DNA of 64,000 nucleotides from an uncultured Actinomycetes bacterium (GCA_963797635.1 CAWCPZ010000011.1:563248-627247); one strand, 5' to 3'; counted from the first letter of the stretch, positions 8,196 through 18,841 are shown. The notes: generated by a model not told the origin, from the sequence alone. Made by a program: numbers and translations.

Positions 8196-9521
8196 CTAGC
8201 GGTCGACGATCGGCTGGGTCATCGGTTCGGATTCGGGGAGTCGCATCACATCGGGGCGGTCGGGAAACGGATGCATCGCGTCGATCGGTTCGGCCTCGGT
8301 CTCCACGACCTCATCGAGCTGGTCCTCGTCTCCGGGCATCGCCTTCACCGACGATGGCATGGCGGCGTAGGCGAGGAGCCCGGCGATGCCCGCCACCGCG
8401 GTCCCGATACCGCCGATGATGAGCACGGTCTGGCCGTCCAGGCCGGCCACCAGCCCCCCGGCCGCGCCGATCGCGATCAGCTGGGTGCCGTTCATCAGCC
8501 CGCCGTAGGCCGCGAACACGCGACCGCGGTACCGGTCCTCGGTTCGGTGCACGATGAGGCTGCGCATCGAGACCGTGATGACGCCGTTCGCGACGCCGCC
8601 CACCAGGAACATCACCAGGGCGACGGCGAGCACACCCGATGCGCCGGCGATGGCGACCGCGGCGCCCCCCACGACCGCCGCGATCGCCATGGCCGACAGC
8701 AGACGCCCCTTCCCCAGGCGCCGGGCGATCAGCGAAGCGCCGATCGCCATCCCCACGAGCCAGACGCTGGCCAACAGGCCGTATCCCCAGGCGCCGGCGT
8801 CGAGGGTATCCCTCGCGAAGAACACTTCGGCCACGTTGTCCATGGCCGCGAAGAGCACGATGGCCGCGATCAGCCCGAAGCCCACCAGCAGCATCCGATC
8901 CCGGGTCACCACGCTGAACCCCGCCCGTGCTTCGCCGTCGGCTTCACCCTCGGCGTCCGGCTGCCGGCGGACCGTGAGAGCCGCCGCCGCCAACGTGATC
9001 ACCACGAACGTTCCCGCATCGACCAGCAGCGCCACCTTCGAGCTGGCGCCCGCCGAGATCGTGCCGGCCAGCACCGGTCCGCCGATCATGCCGACGTAGC
9101 GGGCGGTCTCCAGGTAGGCGTTGCCCTCGGTGGCGTGTTCCTCCCCCACGATGACCGGCGCCAGGGTGTAGATCGCGGGCGTGGCGACCGCGGTGCAGGC
9201 CCCCAACAGGAACGCCAGCATCAAGATCCCCGGAAGTCCGGTGGTGAACGCGAGCCACCCGGCGATCCCGGCCTGGAGGGCCGAGGCGATCACCAAGGAC
9301 CGACGCGTCTCGAAGTTGTCGACGATCACGCCGGCCGCCGGGGCGAAGATCACCAGCGGCAGCAGACCCGCGAGCAACAAGGCTGCCACCGCCCAGCCGG
9401 AATCGGTGAGGTCGGCGACCTTGATCGCCAATGCGATCAGCGCCAGTTCGTCGCCCAGCGAGGAAAGTCCGGTCGACAGGACCAGCAACCGGAAATCACG
9501 GCCTCGAAGCGAACCCCCCAC
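8196..9521 (-). CDS. MFS transporter
   Basis: ORF 8196..9521 (441 aa). About 12 hydrophobic segments. The N-terminal RDFRLLVLSTGLSSLGDELALIALA is typical of the EntS/DUF894-like MFS group. Confidence 0.85.
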   Translation of the reverse strand: MGGSLRGRDFRLLVLSTGLSSLGDELALIALAIKVADLTDSGWAVAALLLAGLLPLVIFAPAAGVIVDNFETRRSLVIASALQAGIAGWLAFTTGLPGILMLAFLLGACTAVATPAIYTLAPVIVGEEHATEGNAYLETARYVGMIGGPVLAGTISAGASSKVALLVDAGTFVVITLAAAALTVRRQPDAEGEADGEARAGFSVVTRDRMLLVGFGLIAAIVLFAAMDNVAEVFFARDTLDAGAWGYGLLASVWLVGMAIGASLIARRLGKGRLLSAMAIAAVVGGAAVAIAGASGVLAVALVMFLVGGVANGVITVSMRSLIVHRTEDRYRGRVFAAYGGLMNGTQLIAIGAAGGLVAGLDGQTVLIIGGIGTAVAGIAGLLAYAAMPSSVKAMPGDEDQLDEVVETEAEPIDAMHPFPDRPDVMRLPESEPMTQPIVDR

Positions 9522-9620
9522 GGGGGCGGATGCTAGTCCTCCCCAAGGCCCCGCACATCGCCTTCATGACCCATTCGGCCAGCACCCGGTCGGGCTATGG
9601 CATCGGCGTGAGGAGTGGTA

Positions 9621-11051
9621 CTACTCGGTGACCACCGAACGGAGGCGCGTAGTGGTGCGCTCCTTCCCCAGCAGCGCCAGGGACTCCGGCAGCGGCGGCG
9701 ACACGTTGGATCCCGTGACCGCCGCACGAACCGGCTGGAAGGCTTTGGTGCGGCTCAATCCTTCGGCTTCGGCGAGGGCATCGAGCGCGGCCTGGATCGG
9801 CTCGCCATCCCATGGTTCGACCGTCTCCAGCGCGTCGGCCACACGTGGGAGGTAGCCCTCGGGCGCCTTCGCGACCAATCCCCGGGCCTTCTCGTTCAAG
9901 GTGATGTCGTCGGTGAACAGGAAGGCGAGCAGCTCCGGGGCCTCGCGCAGGGTCTTCATCCGCTCCTTCACCAGCGGCATGGCGGCCTTGAGCATGGGCG
10001 GATCCGGCATGAGCCCTGCCTCGGTGAGGAAATGGAGGCATCGCGCCGCGAGGTCGTCGTCGTCGAGGCCCTGGATCAGGTGGTTGTTGAGCCAGGTGAG
10101 CTTCTCGGTGTCGAACGCGGCCGGGTTGGACGAGACGCGTTCCAGGTCGAACGCCTCGATGAGCTCGTCGCGGCTGAGGATCTCCCGGTCGTCGCCCGCC
10201 GACCAGCCCAGGAGCGAGAGGTAGTTGACCATGGCCTCGGGCAGGTAGCCGAGCTCGCGGAAGGATTCGACGCTGGTGGATCCGTGCCGCTTCGACAGCG
10301 GCTGGCGGTCGGGGCCGAGGACCTGCGGCACGTGGGCATAGCGAGGCGGCGTGCCGCCGAGGGCTTCGATCACCGCGGCGTTCCTGGGCGCGCTGGCGAG
10401 CAGGTCGTCCCCGCGCACGACGTGGGTGACGCCCATCAGCAGGTCGTCCACGGCCACGGCCAGGAGGAACACCGGCGATCCGTCGGAGCGCATCAGCACG
10501 AAGTCGCGGAGCTGGCCGGCCGCGAACCGGACCTCGCCCTTCACGATGTCGTCGACCACCCACTCGTGGTCGGGCATGCGGAACCGCACCACGGACTCGC
10601 GGCCCTCGGCCTCGTAGGCGGCGATCTGGGCCGCGTCGAGGTCACGGCAGTGGCCGTCGTAGCCCGGGGCTTCCTTCCGGGCGCGCGCGGCGGCCGACCG
10701 GGCCTCGAGTTCCTCCTTGGTGCAGTAGCAGCGGTAGGCGGCACCGCTCGCGAGGAGCTCGTCGGCCTTCTCCCGGTAGATGTCGAGCCGCTGGGACTGC
10801 CGGTAGGGGCCATGGTCGCCTCCCACCTCCGGGCCTTCGTCCCAGTCGAGGCCGAGCCAGCGGAGATCCTCCAGGACGCCGTGGACCGCTTCCTCGGTGA
10901 CGCGGCTCGCGTCGGTGTCCTCGACCCGAAGGATGAAGGTGCCGCCCTGGTGACGGGCGAACAACCACGAGAACAGCGCGCTGCGGACGTTGCCCACGTG
11001 GAGCGAGCCGCTGGGCGCGGGCGCGAACCGGCACCGCACCTCGCCGGTCAT
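9621..11051 (-). CDS. gltX: Glutamate--tRNA ligase
   Basis: Internal ATG 11051 of ORF 9621..11402, overlapping the upstream stop (ATGA). Sequence MTGEVRCRFAPAPSGSLHVGNVRSALFSWLFAR (HIGH-type motif), ILRVEDTD, and LSKRHGSTSV (KMSKS-type). 476 aa. Confidence 0.95.
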   Translation of the reverse strand: MTGEVRCRFAPAPSGSLHVGNVRSALFSWLFARHQGGTFILRVEDTDASRVTEEAVHGVLEDLRWLGLDWDEGPEVGGDHGPYRQSQRLDIYREKADELLASGAAYRCYCTKEELEARSAAARARKEAPGYDGHCRDLDAAQIAAYEAEGRESVVRFRMPDHEWVVDDIVKGEVRFAAGQLRDFVLMRSDGSPVFLLAVAVDDLLMGVTHVVRGDDLLASAPRNAAVIEALGGTPPRYAHVPQVLGPDRQPLSKRHGSTSVESFRELGYLPEAMVNYLSLLGWSAGDDREILSRDELIEAFDLERVSSNPAAFDTEKLTWLNNHLIQGLDDDDLAARCLHFLTEAGLMPDPPMLKAAMPLVKERMKTLREAPELLAFLFTDDITLNEKARGLVAKAPEGYLPRVADALETVEPWDGEPIQAALDALAEAEGLSRTKAFQPVRAAVTGSNVSPPLPESLALLGKERTTTRLRSVVTE

Positions 11052-11809
11052 GCCTTCACCGGGTTGATCAGCGGGCCGATGCCGTCGACCTCGACCTCGA
11101 CGACATCGCCGTCGCCGAGCTTGCCGACGCCCTCGGGCGTGCCCGTGAGCAGGACGTCGCCCGGAAGCAAGGTCATGAACGAGGTGACGTATTCGATCAG
11201 CGTCGCGACCCCGAACACCATGTCGGTGGTGGACGCGTGCTGGCGGACGTCGCCGTTGAGCCGCGTCTGGACGGTGGCGTCGTTGGGATCGAGCTCGGTT
11301 TCGATCCACGGACCGAGCGGGCACGACCCGTCGAAGCCCTTGGCGCGCGCCCACTGGTCGTCGGTCTTCTGCAGGTCGCGCAGGGTCACGTCGTTCGCAC
11401 ACGTGTAGCCCAGGATCACGCGGTAGGCGTCCTCGGCGCGGATGTTCCGCGCCAGGCGGCCGATCACCACGGCCAGCTCCCCCTCGTAGTCGACCCGGTG
11501 GCTGACCGGCAGGAGCGGGATCGGGTCCAGCGGGCCGATCACCGCGGTGGACGGCTTCAGGAACAGCAACGGTTCCTCGGGCACGTCCATCCCGAACTCC
11601 GCGGCATGGGCGGCGTAGTTCTTGCCCACGCAGACGAGCTTGGAGGGCAGCACGGGCGCGAGCAGGTGGACGTCCTCGAACGGCAGCTCCTCGCCGGTGG
11701 GCAGCGGGTCCTCGAAGAACGTGCCCTGCAACACGCGGACGACGTCCTCACCCGCTTCGGTGACACCGGTCGCGATGCGTTCGCCGTGACGGAACCTGAG
11801 CAGTCTCAT
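11048..11809 (-). CDS. Fumarylacetoacetate hydrolase (FAH) family protein
   Basis: ORF 11048..11809 (253 aa). Contains VCVGKNYAAHAAE, LFLKP, DYEGELAVVIG and PGDVLLTGTPEGVG. Sits immediately upstream of gltX, a synteny known from mycobacteria. Confidence 0.9.
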   Translation of the reverse strand: MRLLRFRHGERIATGVTEAGEDVVRVLQGTFFEDPLPTGEELPFEDVHLLAPVLPSKLVCVGKNYAAHAAEFGMDVPEEPLLFLKPSTAVIGPLDPIPLLPVSHRVDYEGELAVVIGRLARNIRAEDAYRVILGYTCANDVTLRDLQKTDDQWARAKGFDGSCPLGPWIETELDPNDATVQTRLNGDVRQHASTTDMVFGVATLIEYVTSFMTLLPGDVLLTGTPEGVGKLGDGDVVEVEVDGIGPLINPVKA

Positions 11810-11844
11810 GTCGCGCCCGAGGCTAGCAGCATGCTCATCGAGGA

Positions 11845-12643
11845 CTATCCGACCGTGGATCCGCCGGCGAAGGTGGCTCCCACCTGACGCCAGTACCCGG
11901 CGATGGGTTCGATGGGTTCCAGCGACGCGAGTTCCTCATTGGGCGCGTCGTGGAGCGAGACCGTCACCTCGCCCGTCCAGACAGGGCCGAGGTCGACGTC
12001 GACCGAGCGCATCGTCACCAGTTCGTCGAGGCTGGCCGGCTGCGACGGGTCGATGTTGGGCATCCACCGCGAATGGAGCATGGGCAGGGCGTTGACGAAA
12101 CCGCCCGCTTCGGATCCCCCGGTCAGCGTCAGCGTGACGTCGGCGAGCCGCCGGTCGTTGGCGGCCAGCGTGGCGCCGAACACGCCGCCCGGCTCCAGCC
12201 GAGGGCCGGCGGCGCCCACCGTGACCGGACGCGTCATCCAGATCTGGCCCGAGCTTCTTCGGGTAGCCCTGATACCAGCCGCGGGCCAAGGCGAAGTCCT
12301 TGTCGACCCAGATGTAGACGCAGCGGGAGTAGGTCTCGCCCCCGTGGCTGCATCGCACCACCACGAAGCATTCCTTGTACTGCGAGCGCACGGGATCGAG
12401 CAGTTCCTCGCGCGAGTCACTGCACGATTGCCAGTCGGCCCAGATGATCGCCACCGCGCCGGGGTCCTCAGGGGCGAGGTCGACCCCATCTGGCAGGAGC
12501 GCGGCGACGTTCGCGGGATCGGTTCGATACTCGGCGGTCAGGACGTCCCCGGAGTAGTGCCATGGCGGCGGCGGCACGATGGACGCTCGCCCCTCGGGCG
12601 AGAACGGCAGCATGAACCCCGTCGGCTCCGTCACGCGGGTCAT
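11845..12643 (-). pseudogene. Acetoacetate decarboxylase (ADC) family protein, frame break near 12245-12255
   Basis: The N-terminal part starts at ATG 12643 (MTRVTEPTGFMLPFSPEGRASIVPPPPWHYSGDVL...ARGWYQGYPKKLG), in the frame of ORF 11936..13255. The C-terminal part (IWMTRPVTVGAAGPRLEPGG...AGYWRQVGATFAGGSTVG) is in ORF 11845..12489. One nt skipped joins them. Confidence 0.7.
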
Positions 12644-12682
12644 ACTACGCTTCGTTCCCGAACCATCTTCGAAGGGTTGGCG

Positions 12683-13528
12683 ATGGAGACCAGGCGCATC
12701 CTGCTCGACGGCGCACCGACGACGGTCGTGCGCGAGGACGACGAGTTGGTGGCCCCCGACGGACGCCGCATGCCCCTCGACGAGCCGGTGCACCTCCCTC
12801 CTGTGACGCCGACCAAGATCATCTGTGTCCACCTGAACTACGAGAGCCGGCGAGCCGAGTTCGGGGTCACCCTGGGGCCGGCCCCGACCTATTTCCACAA
12901 GCCGGTGTCCTCGCTCAATGCGCACGGCGGCGAGATCGTCCGGCCTCCTCGATGCCGCTACCTCAACTACGAAGGCGAGATCGGCATCGTGATCGGCCGG
13001 CGCTGCCGCCACATCGCCCCCGACGAGGCCGAGGACTACATCCGCGGGTTCACCATCGGGAACGACTACGGACTGCACGACTTCCGCGACACCGACGCCG
13101 GTTCGATGCTGCGCGTGAAGGGCTCGGACACGCTCTGTCCGCTCGGCCCGTCGCTGGTGGAAGGCTGGGACTTCCACGACAAGCGGATCCGCACGCTGGT
13201 CAACGGCGAGGTGGTGCAGGACGGGAACACCGACGAGATGATCTGGGACATGCACTACCTGGTCGCCGACATCGCGAGGACGATCACCTTGGAGCCCGGC
13301 GACGTGTTGCTGTCGGGCACGCCGGCGAACTCGCGACCGGTCCAGCCGGGCGACGTGGTCGAGGTCTCGGTGGACGGCCTCGGCACGCTGCGCAACACGA
13401 TCGTCGAAGGCACCGTGCCGATCCGCGAGGATGTCGGCGCCCAGCCCAGCGAGAGCGAAGAGGTCATCTCCACGACCTTCGGCGGCGACTGGGAGTTCCG
13501 CGGGATCCGCGCTCCGAGGAGGGACTGA
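12683..13528 (+). CDS. FAH family protein (HpaG-like isomerase/decarboxylase type)
   Basis: In-frame ATG 12683 of ORF 11903..13528. Sequence METRRILLDGAPTTVV...KIICVHLNYESRRAEFG...NYEGEIGIVIGRRC...PGDVLLSGTPANS. 281 aa. Confidence 0.85.
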   Translation: METRRILLDGAPTTVVREDDELVAPDGRRMPLDEPVHLPPVTPTKIICVHLNYESRRAEFGVTLGPAPTYFHKPVSSLNAHGGEIVRPPRCRYLNYEGEIGIVIGRRCRHIAPDEAEDYIRGFTIGNDYGLHDFRDTDAGSMLRVKGSDTLCPLGPSLVEGWDFHDKRIRTLVNGEVVQDGNTDEMIWDMHYLVADIARTITLEPGDVLLSGTPANSRPVQPGDVVEVSVDGLGTLRNTIVEGTVPIREDVGAQPSESEEVISTTFGGDWEFRGIRAPRRD

Positions 13529-13530
13529 CC

Positions 13531-13896
13531 ATGGCGACCGTTCGATACCTGGTGAACGAGGTGGAGGCCTCGATCCGCTTCTACGTCGACCTGCTGGGGT
13601 TCGAGGTGGCTGAGGACTACGCGCCCGCGATGGCCATCGTGCGGCGCGAGGACCTCACCCTGTGGCTCGCAGGGCCGCTCGCCTCGGCGGCCCGGCCCAT
13701 GCCCGACGGCGCGCAGCCGGTCCCGGGGAGTTGGAACCGGTTCGTCGTGACGACCGACGATCTCGACGCCCTGATCGAACGGCTGGCGGCGTCGGGGGCA
13801 CGGTTCCGCAACGAGGTCGTGACCGGCCCCGGAGGGCGACAGATCCTGGTCGAGGATCCATCGGGCAACGTGGTCGAGCTCTTCCAGCGGGCGTGA
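13531..13896 (+). CDS. VOC / glyoxalase family protein
   Basis: ATG 13531 inside ORF 12952..13896. MATVRYLVNEVEASIRFYVDLLGFEV...GGRQILVEDPSGNVVELFQ is a typical glyoxalase/bleomycin-resistance fold. 121 aa. Confidence 0.85.
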   Translation: MATVRYLVNEVEASIRFYVDLLGFEVAEDYAPAMAIVRREDLTLWLAGPLASAARPMPDGAQPVPGSWNRFVVTTDDLDALIERLAASGARFRNEVVTGPGGRQILVEDPSGNVVELFQRA

Positions 13897-14889
13897 CGGC
13901 ACTCGACCGAGCCGTCGAGGCGTGGGACCTGTTCCGGCGCTCGTGCGTCCGTGAGGGCCCCGACGGTCTGACCATGCTCGAGGGCCCGGAGGCCCGGCGC
14001 GCTCCCGTGTGGCCGTACAGCCAGGCCCTGGCGGCCGCCGTCGACATGGCGCTGCTCACCGGCGACCGCTCGGAGGCGGATCGGTGGGTCGCCGGCCTCG
14101 CTCCGTACGCCCGAGGGGACGGCTACACGCCGATGCCGGGGCAGCGTCGCCGCTACTACGACGACAACGCCTGGATCGGCCTCGCGCTGACCCAGCTCCA
14201 TCTGCAGACGGGGGACGCCGGCGTGCTCGAGCACGCCCGGCGCGTGTTCCGGTTCGTTGCGCAGGGTCAGGATGCTGACGGCGGCGTGCGGTGGGTCGAG
14301 GGTCGCCGGTCGCGGAACACCTGCTCGACCGCCCCGGCCGCAGCAGCTGGCGCTACGGCTCCACCTGATCGCCACCCGGGCGACGACGATGGGGTTCGCG
14401 AGCGGCGCGCTGGCGTGGCTCGACCGCGCGCTGCGGCTTCCCGGTGGGATGTACGCCGACCACGTCGACCGGCACGGCGTGGACGAGACGCTCTGGACCT
14501 ACAACCAGGGGTCGGCCGCGGGGGCGCACGCGCTCTTGTCCCGAGCTACCGACGCTGACGCCCCGTTGGGCGATGCGACGCGCACCGCCCGAGCGAGCCT
14601 GAGGCACTTCGACGGCGAACGGACCTGGCGACATCCTCCGGTGTTCAACGCCGTCTGGTTCCGCAACCTCCTGGCGCTCGACGCGATCTCGGCCGTCCCC
14701 GGCCTGCACGACGCGCTCGATCACTACCTCGACCGTGTCTGGCGCACGGCGCGCGATCCCGCCACCGGCCTGTTCACCGATGGCGGTATCGGCTCCTACG
14801 ACGGCACGCCCGCGATCGACCAGGCCGGCCTGGTGCAGCTGTTCGCGCTGCGTGCATGGCCGCCCGATCGGTTGCAGGACGTGTGCTGA
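13893..14889 (+). pseudogene. Glycoside hydrolase family 76-like protein, frame break near 14335-14345
   Basis: GTG 13893 overlaps the preceding stop (GTGA). The N-terminal part (...RRRYYDDNAWIGLALTQLH...GGVRWVEG..NTCSTAPAA) is in ORF 13662..14558. The C-terminal part (QLALRLHLI...TLWTYNQGSAAGAHALL...) is in ORF 14257..14889. YYDDNAW is a GH76-type motif. Confidence 0.65.
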
Positions 14890-14901
14890 CGGTCCGAGCG
14901 G

Positions 14902-17094
14902 CTAGCCGACGGGGACCGGCGCCTCCTGCTCGGCCTCGGGCTCCCCGGCCTCGGGGTCGTCGGCGAGCTCGAGGTTCATGTTCGGCAGGATGCGGTCGAG
15001 CCAGCCCGGCAGCCACCAGTTCGCATCGCCCAGGAGCACCATCGTGGCCGGCACGAGCACGATCCGCACGATCGTCGCGTCGATCAGCACCGCGACCGCC
15101 AACCCGATACCGAACATCTGTGCCACGGGATCGGGCTGGGTCACGAAGCTCAGGAACACCGCGATCATGATGAGCGCCGCGCTGGTGATCACACGGGCCG
15201 TGGTGGAGATCCCCGTGACCACGCTCTCGACGTTGTTGCCCGTCTTCAGATAGTCCTCGCGGATGCGCGAGAGCAGGAAGACCTCGTAGTCCATCGACAG
15301 GCCGAACAGCACCGCGAACATCATCATGGGCACGAAGCTCACGATCGGGATCAGCTGATCGATGCCGAGCAGGCTGCGACCCCAGCCCCACTGGAAGATC
15401 ACCACGACGACCCCGTACGCGGCGCCGATCGACAGCAGGTTCAGCACGGCCGCCTTCAACGGCACCAGGACCGAGCGGAACACCACCATCAGCAGCAGGA
15501 AGGACAGCAGCACCACGGCGGCGATGAACCAGGGCAACGCGTTCGTGATCCGGTCGGACAGGTCGATGAACGTGGCCGTGGCGCCGCCGACGTGCACCAC
15601 CGCGCCCTCGGGGGTGGCCCCGGGGATCGTGTCGTCGCGGAGCACCCGCACCAGATCGGTGGTGGCTTGATCCTGTGGCGAGGTCGTGGGGAACACCTGG
15701 ATGATCGCGGCGTCCCCCGCCTCATTGGGCTGAGGCGGCGTGACGGCCGCCACGCCCTCGGTCGCGGCGATCGCCGAGTTCAGGCCCTCGAGGCCCTGCA
15801 GCGCCGCCGGATCGTCGATCTCCACCGCGAGCAGGAGCGGACCGTTGAAGCCGGGGCCGAAGCCCTCGGACAGCAGGTCGTATGCCTGGCGGCGGGTCTC
15901 CGACGTCGGCGCCGTGCCGTCATCGGGGAACCCGAGCTTCATCGAGAACAGCGGGACCGCCAGCACGAGCAACACCAGGACGGCACCGACGAAGTAGCGC
16001 CACGGGCGATGTTCGACCTCGCGCCCCCACCGCAACCACATGTTCTCCTTGGCGGGCTTGGTCTCATCGCGCTTGCGCTTCCGGTGGATGCTCAGGTTGT
16101 CGATCGCGTTGCCCGCGAACCCGAGCAGCGCCGGCAGCAGCGTGATGGCCGCGACGACGGCCACCAGGACGACGATCGCCGCGGCGGTGGCCATCATGCC
16201 GACGAACGCGATCCCCGAGATCCACAGCCCGAGCAGCGCGATCGCCACGGTGATCCCGGCGAACACGACCGCCTGGCCCGCGGTGGCGGTCGCCAGACCG
16301 ATCGCATGCAGGGGCTCCATGCCGGCCTGCAGGTTCTGGCGGTATCGGGTGACGATGAACAAGGCGTAGTCGATCCCGACACCCAACCCGATCATCGAGG
16401 ACAGGATCGTGGAGAACTCAGGGACGCTCGTGAACGCCGACACGATGAGGATGAGGCCGGTTCCCGTCGTGAGGCCGATCACGGCCGTGCCGATGGGCAG
16501 GCCCATGGCCACGACGGAGCCGAACGCGATCAGCAGGATGATCATGGCGGCGAGCAGGCCGACCAACTCGGAGGACCCGGGCTCGGGCTGCGATCCCCAC
16601 GACGCGTACTCGCCACCGATCTCGGCCTCGAGATCAGGCGAGCGTCCACTCTCGACCGCGGACTCGAGCTCGGTGTACGGCTCGGTTCCCAGGTCGACGG
16701 CGGACACGTCGTACGCCACCTGCGCGTAGCCGATCGAGCCGTCGGCCGACACGGCGCCCTGGGTCTCGAGCGGGTTCGTCACGGAGACGACATGGGGCTG
16801 ACCCGCGATGGCATCCAGGGTGGAACCCACCGCGTCGGCCTGTTCCTCGAGCGCCCCGCTGGTCGAGTGGAAGACGATCAACGCCGAGGTGCCCGAGGCG
16901 GATGGGTACCGCTCAGCCAACAGGTCGTAGGCCCGCTGGGACTCGGAGTCCGGCAGGTTGAAGTCGTCGGCGAGCTTGCCACCGAGCGCGCTCCCTGCGG
17001 CGAAGATCACGAACACGGCGGCGACCCAGATCACGACGGTTCTCCAGCGCCGACGCGCAGCGAGTTGGCCAAGCCGATAGAGGAACGAACTCAT
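14902..17094 (-). CDS. MMPL family (RND superfamily) transporter
   Basis: ORF 14902..17094 (730 aa). Two blocks of about 6 TM segments each, separated by soluble loops. The N-terminal FLYRLGQLAARRRW and the repeated IGxGxDYALF / GLSMDYEVFL motifs are typical of MmpL. Confidence 0.9.
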   Translation of the reverse strand: MSSFLYRLGQLAARRRWRTVVIWVAAVFVIFAAGSALGGKLADDFNLPDSESQRAYDLLAERYPSASGTSALIVFHSTSGALEEQADAVGSTLDAIAGQPHVVSVTNPLETQGAVSADGSIGYAQVAYDVSAVDLGTEPYTELESAVESGRSPDLEAEIGGEYASWGSQPEPGSSELVGLLAAMIILLIAFGSVVAMGLPIGTAVIGLTTGTGLILIVSAFTSVPEFSTILSSMIGLGVGIDYALFIVTRYRQNLQAGMEPLHAIGLATATAGQAVVFAGITVAIALLGLWISGIAFVGMMATAAAIVVLVAVVAAITLLPALLGFAGNAIDNLSIHRKRKRDETKPAKENMWLRWGREVEHRPWRYFVGAVLVLLVLAVPLFSMKLGFPDDGTAPTSETRRQAYDLLSEGFGPGFNGPLLLAVEIDDPAALQGLEGLNSAIAATEGVAAVTPPQPNEAGDAAIIQVFPTTSPQDQATTDLVRVLRDDTIPGATPEGAVVHVGGATATFIDLSDRITNALPWFIAAVVLLSFLLLMVVFRSVLVPLKAAVLNLLSIGAAYGVVVVIFQWGWGRSLLGIDQLIPIVSFVPMMMFAVLFGLSMDYEVFLLSRIREDYLKTGNNVESVVTGISTTARVITSAALIMIAVFLSFVTQPDPVAQMFGIGLAVAVLIDATIVRIVLVPATMVLLGDANWWLPGWLDRILPNMNLELADDPEAGEPEAEQEAPVPVG

Positions 17095-17157
17095 GGGAGC
17101 CTTTCGTCAGGAGCGGACGGCGTAGGACTCCACGATAGGCAAGGCGGTGCTCGACTG

Positions 17158-18325
17158 TCACCGACCGGGGCGCTCGGCGTCGCCCCACAGACGATCGGCC
17201 ACGCGGCCCACGAGCTCCAGCTTGCGCCACTGGGCGTCCTGGTCGGTCTCGTTGCCCACCATCACGCTCGCGAACCCGCACTGCGGGCTGATCGCGAGCC
17301 GCTCCATGCCTCCTGCGAAGCCCGCGGCCTCGTCCATCCGACGCATCAGGTCGTCTTCGTCCTCCAGGACCGGGGTCTTGGAGTTGACGATGCCCATCAC
17401 CATGACCGAACCCTCGCGCAGGTGCCGGACCGACTCGAACCCGCCGTCACGACCCTCGTCGTCCCATTCCACGAGGAACGAGTCGTACGGGAGTCCGCCG
17501 AACACCCGCTCGGCGACCGGTTCGAGCGAGCCCTCGCACATCCACGACGAGCGGAAGTTCCCACGGCAGATGTGCAGTCCCACGGTGACGTCGTCGGGGA
17601 TCCCCTCGAGCACGGCCGTGTCGGCCGCGACGGCCGCCTCGACCAGCCCGTCGATATCGTGGCCCGCCGCTTCGAACCGTGCGTATCCACGCCGGATCGA
17701 CCAAGTAGGGATACAAGGGGAAGTCGAACTGGACGTATCGTGCCCCGGCCGCGATCGCCTCGGCCACCAGGCCCCGTTCGATCTCGATCGCGTGGTCCAC
17801 GAACTCGGCCAGCGACGCATACCCACGGCCGTCCGTGCCGGCGACCGTCGTGAAGGGGTGGGTGAAGATCGAGGCCGCCGGGAACGTCACCTTGAACGGA
17901 TACCCGCCGGTCTCTGCCCTCATGAAGGAGGCTTCCCGCGCGGCCGGTGCATCCACGGGCGCGAGCCGATCCACGATCTCGTGGATGTGGAGCTCGACGT
18001 CCTCCCCACGATCGTTGCGGAACGAGACCGTCTTGCCGGTCCGCACGCCGCTCACCGCGTCGTAGAAGGAGTTCATGAACATCCAGCGACGGAACTCCCC
18101 GTCGGTCACCACGTCGAGGCCGCAGTCGATCTGGCGCCGGACCACCTCGCGGATCGCTTCGTCCTCGGCCTCACGGAGCGCGGTGGGATCCTTCGCGCGT
18201 TCCTCGTCCAGCACGGCGGAGTGACCCTCGTCGTAGAAGGACGCCACGGCAGCTTGTAGCGGCGCGGGACGCAGGAGCGAGCCGACCGTCTCGGCGCGGG
18301 CGGGCCGGCGGGGCGTGTGGGTCAC
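17158..18325 (-). pseudogene. Cobalamin-independent methionine synthase (MetE C-terminal domain)-like protein, frame break near 17690-17700
   Basis: GTG about 18325 overlaps the upstream stop (GTGA). The N-terminal part (THTPRRPARAETVGSLLRP...DVVTDGEFRR...YVQFDFPLYPYLVDP) is in ORF 17447..18820. The C-terminal part (GLHICRGNFRS...ISPQCGFAS) is in ORF 17158..17826. Confidence 0.75.
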
Positions 18326-18820
18326 TCCTCGCCCTCGGGCGGTTCCACCTCTTCGGCCTCCAGAGCCTCGATCACCGGCTTTCGCGTGGGCCGGGCCGAT
18401 CCGGTTGCCCTCCCACTGGTAGGTCCGGCCGCTGCCGGGGTCCTCGACCGTGAGGGTGCGGACGTTCACCCGGCCGTGCACGGTGATGTGCGCCTTCGAC
18501 CGATCGATCGTCGCGAACGTCTCCTCGGGCTGCCACCCCACGCCGTGCTGGCCACACTTGATCGCGTACAGGGTGGTGGGCGTCACGGCGAGCATCGTCC
18601 AACGCGGCACGCCGTCCATGTGCGACATCGCGCGGCCGCTCTCCATGCCGGCCGCCACGCCGGCGATCTCGCCCACGATGTTGTCGGTCGCGAACCCCGC
18701 GCCGGTCGCGCCCATCATCCCGCCGGTGGTCCCACGCGGTTCGAACATCCCCGCCGCCAGGATCTGCTCGTCGCCGCCCAGGTAGGCCTTAGCTTCCTCG
18801 ATCAGTTTCTCGTCACTCAT
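18322..18820 (-). pseudogene. Hypothetical protein (about 165 aa, Gly-rich N-terminal half, acidic tail), frame break near 18380-18386
   Basis: ORF 17447..18820 starts MSDEKLIEEAKAYLGGDEQILAAG... and runs without a stop into the next gene. Skipping one nt after ...NRIGPAHAK gives PVIEALEAEEVEPPEGEE-stop, which overlaps the next gene's GTG. No family recognised. Confidence 0.55.
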
Positions 18821-18841
18821 CGTGCGGGCTCCTTCCGGTAC

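Noticed and set aside
15592-17853. 753-aa ORF on the plus strand
   Set aside because: It is antisense to the MmpL gene and the MetE-like gene, has a low-complexity R/G/D/H-rich product, and shows no motifs.
18301-18361. Apparent one-base disagreement between my reading of the printed sequence and the ORF-track translations around the MetE-like start
   Set aside because: The track ORFs on both strands (18317..19033 and 17447..18820) are mutually consistent, so my reading of the line is probably at fault. Coordinates here follow the track (GTG at about 18325, upstream stop at 18322-18324) and may be off by one.
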